64,000 nt of DNA from Epiperipatus broadwayi (GCA_028023455.1 JAQFVV010000003.1:24180001-24244000); one strand, 5' to 3'; shown: positions 49,625 through 63,340, counted from the stretch's first letter. Numbers and translations are program-made. Notes: generated by a model from the letters alone, not told the origin.

Positions 49625-50599
49625 GTAAGTCTTGGTTTTCCTTACTAGTTAATTTTAAAATACTGTAAATAAAGATACTTTTATTTAAAAACAGTATTCT
49701 TTTTATATAAAAATTTTTAAATGTGTGTATATTTTTTAAAATATGTATTTGTGATTGCACGTGTATATTATATAAAATTATTTTATAAATGCCATATTTT
49801 TTTTGGCAAGAATGTATTTATTTTTTAATATATATATATATTAATGATTTTTAATTAGATTAGAAATTATTTAATTTAACATTACTTATAGGCATTAATT
49901 ATAATATAGTTCGTATATATCTATATTATTTTTATATAAGTGCAGAATAATAAATTTTTTAACAAAAAAAAAACTTCATTTTTTTTTTATGTGCCACGAT
50001 CTTGTTTATAATAAGTGGCTCATTCTTTTATTTCAATAATATGGTTGTAGACATTGGAAAAAAATTATGCCTATAACTTTCATGATGCATTTTAAACAAC
50101 CAGATCTCTTCAATTGGCCAAGATCATGTAGGTCCAATTGATTGGTTTTATCAGACTGAAATATAAGGAGTTGCTATTTGTACATATACATATATATGTA
50201 TAGTGGACAAATTTGTAATTAAAATCAATTACGTAAATAGAAACAACATGTTTTTTTAGTTTGAGCATCTGCAATAATCAAATCAATGCACTGCCACTTT
50301 TTCACTTTCTACTTCAATGTTTTTTTTTTTGTTTTTTGGTGAACAATTTTAATTCTTTCGTATAAAAACATTTTTGAGCTGTAAAGTCATTAACAATAAT
50401 ATAAACCACTAGTTTAAGTAATATAATAAAAAATTTTATGGCTTTGAAAATATCCATAGAGGAAATATTTATGAGTTTTTGTCATAATCCTAAAATTACA
50501 TTGTGTATTTATAAACTAACATATTTTTCTTTTGTCATCTCAAAAGCAATTTACATTTTTGTCTTTGATAATTTTGTTATAAAAATATTATTATGATAT

Positions 50600-50800
50600 T
50601 TTTATTTAAGATTCTCTCAAAGACATTTTTAAAAAATGTGATATTGATTGTTTCCATTAAGAAGATATGGCAGAGGATAGAATCCATTGGGTGTTACAAT
50701 TAGACATGGTGTTGAAGTAAGACAGAAAGAACAGTTTTCTGCTGAAGAAATTAAAAGACAGCATCACAAAATATCAAACAAACCAGAAAAATAAACTAGC
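50600..50800 (+). mobile_element. BovB-like RTE 3' fragment, inverted relative to 52140-52560
   Basis: gaagatatggcagaggatagaatccattggg..tacaattagacatggtgttgaa..ttttctgctgaagaaattaaaagacagcat matches the reverse complement of 52270-52380. Confidence 0.72.
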
Positions 50801-52139
50801 ATATTCTATATATATATATATTGTGATGTATTTTTGATTCATAGATTGATTTGTATAATCATTGTAAAAGTTATGGCAGTTTTTTTTCTTTTCTTTCCTT
50901 GAAATAGAAGGCTATATTTGCTTACAAATGGCTGCTAGATGTATGTATATACAATTCTATTTAAAATAATTATTATAAGTCTGAATAATCAATTAGCAAC
51001 TAGATGATAATGCTACATTTCCAGGTTAATTTCTGAATATTGGCCTTCCTCAACATTCCTATCCTCCATATTTACTTGTTGGATTTTTTTTTTTAAAAAA
51101 ACGTCTCCATTTTAAACAATGGCTTGAGCTACAAATTTTATTGATAATTAACTTTGATCTTTTGACTTCTTCTAATACAGATATTTAAAGATAGCAAAAA
51201 AAAAGTCTGATGATTTCTTGTTTGATAAAATTATTTTTGCCAAAATATCAAAATTGGCTATAGTGACCTCACTAAAATATATAGTTTCTATTCTAAAGTC
51301 AGATCTAAGTATATAAACATGTAAGATTTGGTTTAAACTTCAAAGTGTTTTGAATATCAAATTATTTATGTGAATAGTATAAAAAAAAAACAAAAGCAAA
51401 GCTGGCAATTAGTGTATGGCTCAAATCTAATGCTTTTCATCAAAAAAAGTCAATAGCCAAAAATTAATCTGAATATTTAAATATCAAACTACTATTTGAC
51501 GTCCTTTGATCAATGAAACTTAATTATACATGGCCTTGGAATGAATAGAATGATATATTGTTGCTAGTATAGAAGATGGAAGTATGCAAATGTTACAATT
51601 TTTTTGTGGGTATTTAATGTTCATTGATAACTAAAAATTTACTGTAAATAGCTCTGGAGTAATAAAATGAAGTATTGCTGTAAAGCAAACAAAGAAGATT
51701 ATAGAATTCTTTATGTAGTGTATGATTTATAATTTTGAATAATAATCATTAAAACCATGAGTGGGTTCAGTGGTATATGATAATTTTTTTTCACTATTTC
51801 TCTCTAGTTACTTCTGCATATTATGTGAATGCTCAGTTATTAGTTCCCATCTTTTATGGGCTCTTTTATCTTTTTTTGCATATCAAAATGATACTAGTTA
51901 ATAGGATTTTTTGTTCCTAACAATCAGTCTTTTATTAAATTTGACTAATCAATTATAGTTTATATTCTAGTCTTTTATTAAAATTTGTTTATAATTCACT
52001 TTTTTATGTGTACTTGCTTGTCAAACAGATTGGATTCATCATTTTTAAATAATTTTTTGTAGAATGTCCACCAAATCTTTTATCACTTGCATCTTGCATC
52101 TTTTCAGCATCCAAGAAAATATATGCAATTCTAGTAACT

Positions 52140-52560
52140 TTAACTTCAAAAAGAGAGAGAAAACTACTCTAGAAATGCATTTTGTGATGACTATACAAAC
52201 CAATCTGTGAATCCTAAATATATCCATGTATAGAACCTGCTGATACATTTTTCTGTTTACTTGTTATTTTGCAATGTTGTCTTTTAGTTTCCTCAGCAGA
52301 AAAATTTTACTTCTAAAATATTTCAATACCATGTCTAATTGTAGCTCTCCAATGTATTCTATTCTCTGCCATATCTTCACAATAGACACAAGTAACATTG
52401 CATTTCTTTAAAATGTCTTTAAGATAATTTTTATACATAGTCGGAGTCTATTTTTTCTACAAAACCCATGCTCAAGTGTACAATGAAACACCCTTTTAGT
52501 AGTCTTCCATTATTCATTTATTATACATGTCCAATTAAATAAAGGTATGACTTTACAATA
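52140..52560 (-). mobile_element. BovB-like RTE 3' end
   Basis: Minus strand reads VFHCTLEHGFCRKNRLRL, YK..LKDIL, EDMAENRIHWRATIRHGIE..SAEETKRQ and SQIGLYSHHKMHF* (52169-52210). This is the BovB-type C-terminal zinc-finger tail. Confidence 0.75.
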
Positions 52561-54952
52561 ATGGACTTGGTTTTATGATCGTGTTATATTTTTAAAATTT
52601 TACAAAGCATCTTTAAATGAAACTTTTGTAATGCCTTTATATTGTGCTGATATGGTGTCTAAGTTTCACATCCATACAATAAATTAGGGAAGTCTAATTT
52701 AATTTGTAACCAGATTTAGTTTCAAAATCTTGTAATAACAATAATGATGATGATGATGATGAAAGGTGTGATAAATACTCTACATTATAAATAAATCATT
52801 GTTATTTTGACTGTAAAATGAAATTATAAATGATTTAACATAGTTTAAATTATATTCTGTAGTATATATAAATAAACACATATATGTATGAGTGTACACA
52901 TGTTGATATTTAATAATACAAAATATTCCAATCATTAATAAACCACTAAATATTATTTTATTTTAATATATAGCAAATAATTTTAGATATTTTTCTTTTT
53001 TTTTTTTTAAATAATAATAATTTTAGATATATGTATAGATAAGCATACTTCCATTGCATTATCATATAAAAATATTTCAATCAATTCTTAATTTTTTTCA
53101 CCTATAAATTAAATTATTCTTATATTCTAGAAAAAATACAAATATATTGATTGATTCAATCAAAATAGCATTTTCTTATATTTTTTTAAAAAACAAAATG
53201 AAGTGACAAAATAAGTTTTTATCTTCTGGAAGAATTATATTAACCAGACACTTTTTTTTTTTTTGGCTGAACACTTTTCTTTACAGGAATATTTACTTAA
53301 AATTGTTTACTCAGAATAGTATTGGGCAATAGACAAAAATAGATTTTTATTAACTTTAAAGTTAATGTTTGAAAGAATATATCAATATATTTTTTATTCA
53401 CTAGCCAATTTTTATCTGCTTGTGCTTTCTACATTTGTCAAATAGATCTCAAACATGGACAGTATATTTCCTGTTGAGGTGAAAACTCCTCCTACTTATT
53501 TTGAATAGAACCTAATAAGTTTTTTGTTAAATATTCCTCCATATTTGAACATTTTATTTTTACAAGTAAAGCTTTTTCTACATAATATATTATAATGTTA
53601 GCTGTAATTATTACAAATGTAAGCTTTCAAAGATAGCAATTTTAAACATAAATATATATCTTTTTTAAAATATGAAAAGAAATATCTAAATAATGTTCTT
53701 ATCTATAACAATGGAAAACAGTCTCATTGGATGTAATTTACCTATTCGAAAAGTTAGAACAAAATATTAGATATTTGAATTTTATGTTACTACTAAAAGA
53801 AGGATATATTTAGAATTAGTTATCATCAAAGAAAGAAAAAAATTGTAAAAGTTAATAAATTATTTATTATTATTAAAATTTTAAAAATTATTTTATTTAC
53901 CATTTTGAAAAAAGTGGTTTATTTTCACCCAGTATAGGCTGCTTCTTATTGCCATGACCAACTTTTAGAGTTGTCTTTTTAAAAATAAATTGTATTCAAA
54001 GACAAACACTTATTAGTAATATAGTTTTTGGTTTAAAAATAAGTCTTTTACAAAAATATTGCAACATATTTACTGAAAATTACGTGTTTTCTTTACAAAT
54101 CTACAGTATTCAGTTATTTAGCCTCAGGCTTAAACATGCAGCCAATCAGAAATTCTTATTTATATTGACTTCTAGGTACTTCCCTCATAGCTTTGTCATG
54201 TTAATAGAGTATTGTCAATCATACAAAAATGTCCATCTAATGCTGACATCTTCAGATATATTTTTTAACTAATATGCTAGAATTGCAGCTGCTGGGGGGG
54301 GGAGATAGGCTAACAATGTACATAATATAGTGATCATAGCACTTTTGTAATGCCTAAACATCAAAATCTACATTAAGATGCTGTGGAGCTTGCACAAGAC
54401 TATACAACTGATGATAAACTTCTTTTACTTGTGTTTTCATGCATATAAAAAAGCATATATATATATATATAAAATATAGTACTGGCATCATCATATTAGG
54501 CTGTTTCTCATATACATTACTTGTGTGACATGTCCTAATTAATACATCTACTAATGCTGATAGTTCACAACTTATTTCATCTATAATTTCATGAACTTCA
54601 ATTGTGGTAAGAGTATTTGCATCACATGTAAGATTATGAAACCATGGAGAATAGCAGCAATTTCCTTCACTTTCAATCTGATTTCCCACACTCTATAATC
54701 TTAGTTAAACTGAATTCACTATTTATAATATATACAATAGAATTTATAAGCAGGAGAATTAACAGTAAATCTTTCACTTTTGATTAATAAAAACAAAATA
54801 ATAATTAAATTGCCATAGTTTTGTTTCTTAATTTACATCACAAACTAAATTAAGTTTTAATTAAAAAAAATATTTTTAATCTTTTATAATCTGTTTTTAC
54901 TAAAATTAATTCTACTATTAATTGGCATTACAAAAAAATTCTTGTTTAGACA

Positions 54953-54974
54953 ATATATATATATATATATATAT
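54953..54974. repeat. (AT)n microsatellite
   Basis: About 11 AT units. Confidence 0.9.
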
Positions 54975-57599
54975 TAGACTTATGAAAATCAGAAATAAAA
55001 ATATTTATATTAAATGGAGTTTTTTTACCCAATTTTAAAATAATTTGTAATGCTTCAAAAATATCAAAAAATATTATTTCAAAATTTCAGTTATTCCATA
55101 TTTTATTTTAAATAATTGTATAATAGAGCCATGAATTATACTGTATCAATATTGTAAGGTATACATGTATTACATTATTTTAAAATTAAAATAAAATATG
55201 AAAATAATTGTAAATAAAATTGATTTATTAAAAACTAAAAGAAAATTAAAAGAGTTATGTTTAACTTATATATATTCCACAGATGGAAAACTTTAAAACT
55301 ATTTTTTTTAAAAAAAGTATTTTTGTAAAAAAAAAAAAAGTGAAGATCTATAGATTAATTAATATCTTTCATTTAAAAGCAATGAAAAAAGAAATTTTAA
55401 TTAGATTCTTTTTTTTTTAAAAAAAAAAAAAATCAGGTTTAATCTTAGTAAATGGGAATGATTATTTTATTAATAAAATGTAAAGCAAACTAACCCTTGG
55501 GGCACTTAAATAATTAAAAGGTCAGATTGGAGATATAAATAAAAATTAAAGATTGTTTCCCACTCTGAAGCATAGTGTCCAATCCAAATAGCAACAAGTG
55601 CATTGGCAAGAATGGAAAACATCCAGACATTAGGATCAGTGACATCATGTTTGATCGATCTGTAGAATTGCTGATAAGAGGCTATAAAAGTATAAAAGAC
55701 AAAATAATAGTAGTAGTGGGGGTAATCTGACTATTAATCTATATATGAACTGTAGCTGTATTGCAGACTCCATGATGTAGGAGTCTATAATAGATTTAAT
55801 TTCCTGATAACCAGCTGAGGCCTTCTGATGACAGTTCCTTACCAAATGAATGGCATGTAGCAACTTCGTTTTCAAGGCTGGACAATCTACAAAAGTAATC
55901 ACTAACATGGATTTCTATACATCTACCATGGAAAGTATGAACTGTTCTCATTATAGACTATCTAAATATATCTTTTCAATAAGTGTTAATAAGTTAAAAC
56001 GTCACTAATAATTATACTTTTATCTGACTTAAAGAATTCTAAATCAATTATTAATAATTTTTTGTGCATATGTTTAATAATCATTTCCATTTTTCTTTGT
56101 TTATTTTTGTATTTATTAACTAAATTATTAAAATGTATTAAATTTAAAGTTGAATGTAGATAGCTGCATAGATTTGTTTAAGTTTGTTAGTTTTAAGGAG
56201 GTTTAATTTCAGACTATTTGTCTCATAGTTGAGTCGATGCTAGTAGAGAGATATATGGGTGTTTATATCAATGTAATGTGAAGTGTGTTAGCATACAGGG
56301 CAATGTGCCCAACTGAATGCATCACCCAAAGATGTAGTCATCACACGTCATTCTATGGATAGAGACTATAAGTCAACAATAGTACCGTTCTCCCATCCAT
56401 ATGTAGCATTTGTCTTTAATATTTTATATGCATGATTCCTTCACCAGACATATGCACATTCCTGTACTGGATGAGGATCATTTCATTCAAATAATATCAT
56501 GCTGCAGATCCACATTCCTGTCAGTGTGATTTTATGGTAACATTTTCATATTGCATTGGTTGCGTCTATATATCAGGAAGCGAACGTTCGTTTAGCTACA
56601 AACTTTTAGCCTGAGGTTCAATACTTGAAAAGTTTTAATTGTGTAATCTATGTAGCCTATCTATACTCAACATTCTAAAATAAAAATATTAAAATGTCCA
56701 TCTGTGCGGACTTACTAAAATAATTTAAATTTAAAATCAATAATAAAATCTAAATTTATTCCTCAAATTTATATATATGCAACAATAAATGTTTTTGTGG
56801 GATAATTATTGGAAGCAGCTTATTTTATTTTAATATTAAAAATGTATTTTAAGAATTTAAATCTTTTCTTTATTAAAATGTTTAAGAATTTATTATAAAT
56901 CTCAGTTACTCCTTGAGCTAGTGGCATAGGCTAATAGTCAATAATAATATAAAATTAGATCCTAACAAGAAGTATCTGCCTACACTATAAATTTTCTAGG
57001 TTCCAATAGCCTAGTGGCACCCTGTATGGCAGATACGGTGTCCAAATTTCCCCGACTGTTATAATATATATCACTTCAATTATATATACAATCAATGCAC
57101 AAACTTCTTTATAAATCTTGATTTATTATAATACAACTATTATAATGTACGATAATATACTCTAATATTCTGACTATATTATTTTATAGTCTTTATCAAG
57201 GAATAACTAAAAAAAAACATAAAAAATAATAAATACAAATATTGCATAATACATATAACAAAATATGAATACCCCTGCTACCAAATAATCTTAACTTTTC
57301 ATTACATTCATATCTTAAATATCTTTTTAAAAATAATTCCCTATAATTATTTATTAAATCAAACTATTATGCTCTTTTTTTCAATTAACATCATATTTAT
57401 TACAGTTTTCATTAATATAAATTCCTTCTTTTATAATTCTTTCATAATACAATCTAATACACTCGACATGTTCTATTTTTAAATCTTTATGTTTAAATTT
57501 ACTTCAATTATGCACTATCCAAAAAAAAAAAAAGTAAAGAAATAAACAAAAAAAAAACCCTTAAAATTCATAAATTTAATACACTTTATAATACACAAG

Positions 57600-57790
57600 C
57601 AGCCATTTTTTCATCTCCTGAGTGCCTTAAACATTCATGGGCATGTTGAAAAGTTCTGTGCACTTGCAATTCAATAAACAATATGTATTCTATTCTAGTC
57701 AAAGTTTATCAACAAAACATTATATGCATTGTACAACATACACAAATAGGGCTTGAAATCAAATATAATGGATATCATGGCTTTACTGTG
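57600..57790 (+). mobile_element. Fragment of the BovB-like RTE endonuclease region
   Basis: aataaacaatatgtattctattctagtcaaagtttatcaacaaaa...gcttgaaatcaaatataatggatatc matches the reverse complement of ~21985-22100. Confidence 0.6.
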
Positions 57791-60700
57791 TTTATTTCTG
57801 TTTTTTTCTTTTAAGCTTTAATTTATTTATGCACACACACTACGTTGTCAGTCATGAGATTAATCTGCTTTATTATATTTTTAATTATTTTTTTTTGCCT
57901 TATCTTTTTTTATTTTGGAGTTGGGATGACCATATTTATTTGTGAATGATTGATGACACGTCATTTATATGTTTTATGTCCAGAATTAAAAAGAAATAAA
58001 GAGAAATCCAAAGGAAAAAGAAAGAAAAGAAAATGATAAAAGAATTATATTGGAATCAAAAAATTTTAAACATGTATGTACAGTTAATGTGGAGAGGTTC
58101 TTATATCTTGTACCATTCTAGATGACTGAAGGATAAATGGAAAGAGAATAAAGGAAAAAACATTGAAAATTAATTTGATTATACATGTTAACGATAATTA
58201 TTAATAAATTAAGAATACGATAACTTGCATTCACTTTTTATTTATTCATATACTGAGTACATGTCAATTCAAAATTAAATATTGTTCTTATGATTGTATT
58301 GAAATAGAAATGTATGTAATGATGAGAATACGAATCATGATAGATTTAATAATAGTACAGTGCTGCAATACAAGTCTTTCATAATAGGTAAGGCTAAATT
58401 TTGTAACTGGTATTGCTGTAATGATTATGAAGGTAGGTGATTGAAGGACACAATCTAGATTAGCATTAAATGTTACATGTAAGTTTAATTGAAATCAATC
58501 TCTAGCAGCAATTATACTGTGAGTGTGCATTTAAGTCATTTGAATGCATTCTAAATATATAGACGAAGCATGAACAAAAAGTGTAAACATTTCATTATCT
58601 AATAAATCATGTTCTGTACGATTTGATATAATTTTTTTTTTGTTAGCAAATAAACTGTTTTTTTCTTTTTTAATAACTAGTAAATTTTATGATTTGCATG
58701 CACATTCATTATTTGCTATAAATGGGTTTGAAGTTAGAACATTTTTTAAAGGTTATCTGATATCTCATCACATGCTTCTAAGAAGAAAACATATACTACG
58801 AATGAGTTTTTAAAATTGACCATAAATATGTTAACAAAGGATTAAAAATCACATGTGCCCTACATGGCTTAATGTAATGGAGAATGATGACTCTATAGTT
58901 CAAGATTCATGGATATCAGTTGCAGTTTTGTCTTTTCCAGTTCTTGAACTTCTAATTAACTCCCAAGCAATACACTTTTTAATTATTTATTTTTTTAAGT
59001 CATTTGATATTCTTTTTTTTTTTAATCTGATGCATCCAGAAATAGTTTATATAATTTAATTATATTTACTTTTAGAACACAATATGAATAAAAACATAAA
59101 TATACTCATTAGCTTTTTAAAAATAAATATTTAGAATTTTTATCATTGTAAACAAATAAGAAAATAATAAGAAAATTGTTGCGGAAGTTTAAAAAATGTG
59201 TAATTGACAAAAGAAAAAAATTTAAAGTTTTTATTAAATTGAAAATAATTAAATAGTCATTGCACTAGAAAATAGGAAATAACTTTTCCAGTCATATAGA
59301 ATATTAATAAACATAAAGTTACTATTGTTTTTTTGTACTGTAAATGTGTGAAGAAATGTGAATTTAAAAAAATAAAATAGATATTTTGATTCACGCTATC
59401 TAAACATGTGCAAATGAGATAAATAATTCTCATTCCACTTCCTTTTATTATTTTAATTTTTGCATCACATTATACTTTTTTTTATAAAAAAAAGGAAAGA
59501 TATAGTTACTTTTCGAAAATATGTTAATATTTTTCCAAATCCTTAGTTAAATATTTTTATAATCAGTTTATATGAAGTTGACATTTAGTACCAAAGCTTA
59601 ACAGTTCCATTTCATTTGAAACTTGTTTATAAAAAACACAAGCAGAAATTTTTGCTCATTATTTTAAGCCATAGTACCATTTTTATAAATGTCATTGTTG
59701 TTATGTAGTAACTATAGACAATCTTTTTTAAATCACATAATCAAATATTAGTCACTATTACCAGATGTTTTTTTTTTTTCTTATTGGAATAAACATCAAA
59801 CATAAACCATGATAGATATTTGTAAAACTATACTTTTGCTGGAAAAAAATTAAAAGAAGTGTCTTGTGATCTTGTCACATACATACACAAAAAAGATTGC
59901 AAATGTGTTTTTTTTCTCTTTTATATGTTTTTAGTGTCATTTTTATTGTCTTTTCTATATGTTTTACAAAATGATATTAATGTTATTTTTTTTTGTTTTT
60001 TCTTTCTAGGTCATTGTTTCATGTCTTTTGTCCTTTGTTTTTATTATGTGTTTGTCCATTTTTCTTGCTCTGTGCTTAATTCTCTAATACACTCTGCAGC
60101 CATAAATAGTTTTAAAAGTTAGCTTTTTTTAATTTGGTTCTTATTTTAATGGTACTTCAAAAATGGTATTCTATTTTACATTAACTCTGCAATTTGCTTA
60201 TTGCTGCAATAAAGAAATAAACATTTCCCAAGTTATTTTATGATGTACTGTGTGGGTTTAAATTAATCAGTGGTGAATCATTGAGTATCTTTATAAAATT
60301 AAATGTATTTTAGTTAAGTTTAAATTTTTATGTTAACAATATGTTTATTATAAACTGTCAATTAGAATCTCATTTTTTACAGAACTATTGGGTACACATT
60401 TTAAAATAATATTGGATTAAAACTTAAAATCATTATCTTAGAAGAAAATCAAAAATGAATTCATAATTGACAGTTTTTGACTAAACAAATTGGTAAAATT
60501 TAATATGTTAATATTTATCTAAGATTATATATATACATGGTCCAAAGTTTCATTTTGTGTATAGTTTTTAGTAGTTTGTTATCCATACTACTATCATTTA
60601 TTTTTTATCTTTATTAGCAAGAAAAAGTACCCAGAAAATATCAGGATTTATATATAATAACAATAAATTACTTATTCTTTTAGCTCACACGACATGATAA

Positions 60701-61315
60701 AAGCATAACAGTTCCCTACTCTAGAGCCTTCTGCTGTAAGTTTGAATAAATTGTGATTTCCAGATAATTTAGTCCATTTAAATTCCTATCCTCAGACTAG
60801 TTTCTGACTTTTGCCTTTATCAATGGGACTTTATGATTTAAAGTTGTAAGCAATACAATTGAGCATGCAATAACTATCTTTAATTATATTTTTAGTATTC
60901 ATGAAAATCTGTTTATGGTTTTGAACTCAAACTCCTCTGATTCTAATTCAATATCTATATATTTTAGAGCCCATAATTTTTTATTGACTGTAGGCAACTT
61001 ATTCCCCTGGCTAGTAATGTTAATAATAACAACAAATCACTTAATTTTTTTGCTTAACCAAAATGGTAAAACAAGAGTAGCTTCTTACTCTAGCACTACC
61101 TAGTGTTGGTTTGAGTTATCAGTGATTAGCATATATTTCATTACATTTAAATCCCCTTTTTCATATTTATATAACTTTTTATACAAGTTGACATGAGTTC
61201 ATGGCTGATTTGGATTTCAAAATTTTAGCTGGCAGCTTGTGAAAATTCGTAGAGGTGAGAAAGCGATCAAAAATATAAACAAAAAGGGCCTGTATTTTCA
61301 AAGTAAATAATCACA

Positions 61316-61831
61316 TACACTTGTTTGATTATGAAAGTGTTGTTGTATCATCAGGCTGTAATAACTTTTGCCCATCAGCCAGAGAGCAAAAGCAAAAAGA
61401 GTATTATCTAGGCAAGACAAAAAATCAGTACACGTAGATTGCAGATTACTTAGACTGTGTAAGACACATATAGGAATTTAATTAAGATACAAATTTAAGA
61501 ATGATATTTAAACAAAAACATTCATTTTACACTTGTTTTATTATGAAAGTTATGCTGTATCATTGGGCTGCAGTAACTTTTGCCCATCTGACAGAAACTG
61601 TAAGCAAAAAGGGCATGTATCTAAGTGAGACAAAAAATCGCTACAAGTTGATGGCGTATATATTTTTGCCTCTTTACTTAGTCAGTGTATTTTATTTGTA
61701 CATTGTGTAAGACATATATAGGAATTTAATTAATATCTAAATTTAAGAATGATAATAATTAAACAAAAACATTCATTTTACAAGGGGGGAGGGGGTTCAG
61801 CCCTGCAGCCCCTATGAATAAACCACCACTG
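61316..61831 (-). mobile_element. Probable non-autonomous DNA transposon end with an internal tandem duplication
   Basis: Two diverged tandem units at 61316-61527 and 61528-61781. They are followed by a GC-rich end whose reverse complement is cagtggtggtttattcataggggctgcagggctgaacccc, a hAT-MITE-like terminus. Confidence 0.4.
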
Positions 61832-62429
61832 ATGAATAGTATTATAAAGTTAAAGGTGATTGCTGGATGATTGGTTGCTTTGCTTCCAACTTTGAATCTC
61901 AAAGCTTCCTTGATAATGCAAAAGGCAGAAACTAATCTGGGAATAGGAATTTAAATGCTGATTATCCAGGTTTGCTGGTGCTAGATTTGGGAACTTTTGT
62001 TCTATTATTTTATATATATAATTGTTTTAATGAAGTTTTGGAGTAGAAACAAAAATGCTGTAGTTTATCCTAATAAAAGTTTTATTAATATATGAATAAA
62101 TTTTATAAAGAAAATTTGAATTAAAAAAATTATCTACCAGATCACCTTTTTTGAATAAAATTCCTTGGTTTATATACATTGATGGGCTAAAATCAGTTCT
62201 AAATTTCAAAAAAAAAGAGAGAGAGAGAGAAAATTTTGTGTTAAGTGTAAATGGAAATATTATTACATCCTAGTAACTATAACAGTTAAAAATCTTAAGT
62301 CTAAACGTCTGACTGATGCTGAATATTTTGTTGTTTTCTTTTTAAAAAAAAGTATTAAACTTTGCCATCACACTATCTAATATTCCATTAGTAGATGCAA
62401 TGGTAACAATAGCAGAAGTCACTCAAAAA

Positions 62430-63340
62430 TTGCTTCCTAGAAGAAGCAGAAGAATTACATGAGAAAATAAAAAAGAATATTAAAGGGTTATTAGCAATCC
62501 AATCAAACATTAGCTTTGGTTGAAAAGGAAACTATTAAATCTCTTTAAACTACAGGAATCTATAATAATTCTTTCTACTAGCAAAGTCAATGTTATTGTT
62601 GTAATCGATATTACTAATTATACAAGAGAGCTGTTTACAGCAGGTGTAAAGAAACAAAGCTCCTAACATTAATCAGAAATATTCATGTATATTTCATTGA
62701 TTCTGAAAAAAAAAAAAAAATTAAGAATATATTTTAGCACAATTCAACATCTCTTTGATCACTCTAAAATCCATAAGTACCATGTTCCATTAAAACCTGT
62801 TGTTAATTTTAGAAATTCACTATGACAAAACTTACAATTTCTTCACAAGGTTTTTAATTCATTAATTTGTAAGACATTATGCTTTGTGAGGCTTTCTAAA
62901 CATTTCATAAATTAATCAATAATATGAAACTCAAAGAACTCATTTCTTGGTAAACTTCGATGTGGACAGTTTATTCACAAATGTACCCAGTGATAAAGCT
63001 AATCTGTTGTAAAAAAAAAAAAAAGATTAAATAATGTTGCTATTCTAGAATCAGGGATATTTTTTCCTATTATTAGCATATTAGAATTTCTAACATTCTT
63101 CATACCAACAACATACTTTCAACATTTTTTTTAAAAAAAACAACAACAAAGTATAGCTAGAGATTTATATTCTTGATTAGCAACATTTACTTACTAGAGC
63201 TCAAAATCATAACCATAAATAGTATTCCATCCTATCAAAAAATCTGGATTTTTACTTTCATTATTTGACTCATAGAAAATCACTATTATAACATTCTGGA
63301 CACCCAACAATTAGTAAGATTAATTGTTTTAATTAAATTG
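62430..63340 (+). mobile_element. Decayed Penelope-like reverse transcriptase
   Basis: In order: IIILSTSKVNVIVVIDITNY (PLE IxILPADKGNxxVVMDxxDY), KIHKYHVPLKPVVNFRNS (62766; PKIHKxxxPLRPIV), LVNFDVDSLFTNVP (62947-62988; LVSFDVxSLFTNVP), TTYFQ (~63110). Multiple frameshifts and stops. Confidence 0.82.

Noticed and set aside
53255-53330. Strong acceptor ttttctttacAG at ~53286 as the next peroxidasin exon
   Set aside because: The required phase-1 frame hits TAA within four codons and does not resemble the Ig2 start.
54354-54689. 111-aa minus-strand ORF (MGNQIESEGNCCYSPW...) as a nested exon or a mariner HTH remnant (another frame gives IRLKVKEIAAIL)
   Set aside because: No recognisable domain, weak splice signals, and the ORF runs through an (AT)n tract. 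The mariner resemblance is only ~10 residues with no TIR.
869-62209. Remaining short ORFs in the supplied track (other than the RTE pieces at 25.7-28.4 kb, the GIY-YIG mirror at 4684-4890 and the ORF at 49426)
   Set aside because: They are 60-110 aa, biased to F/I/L/K/N/Y as expected from AT-rich non-coding DNA or antisense TE sequence, with no domains or splice support.
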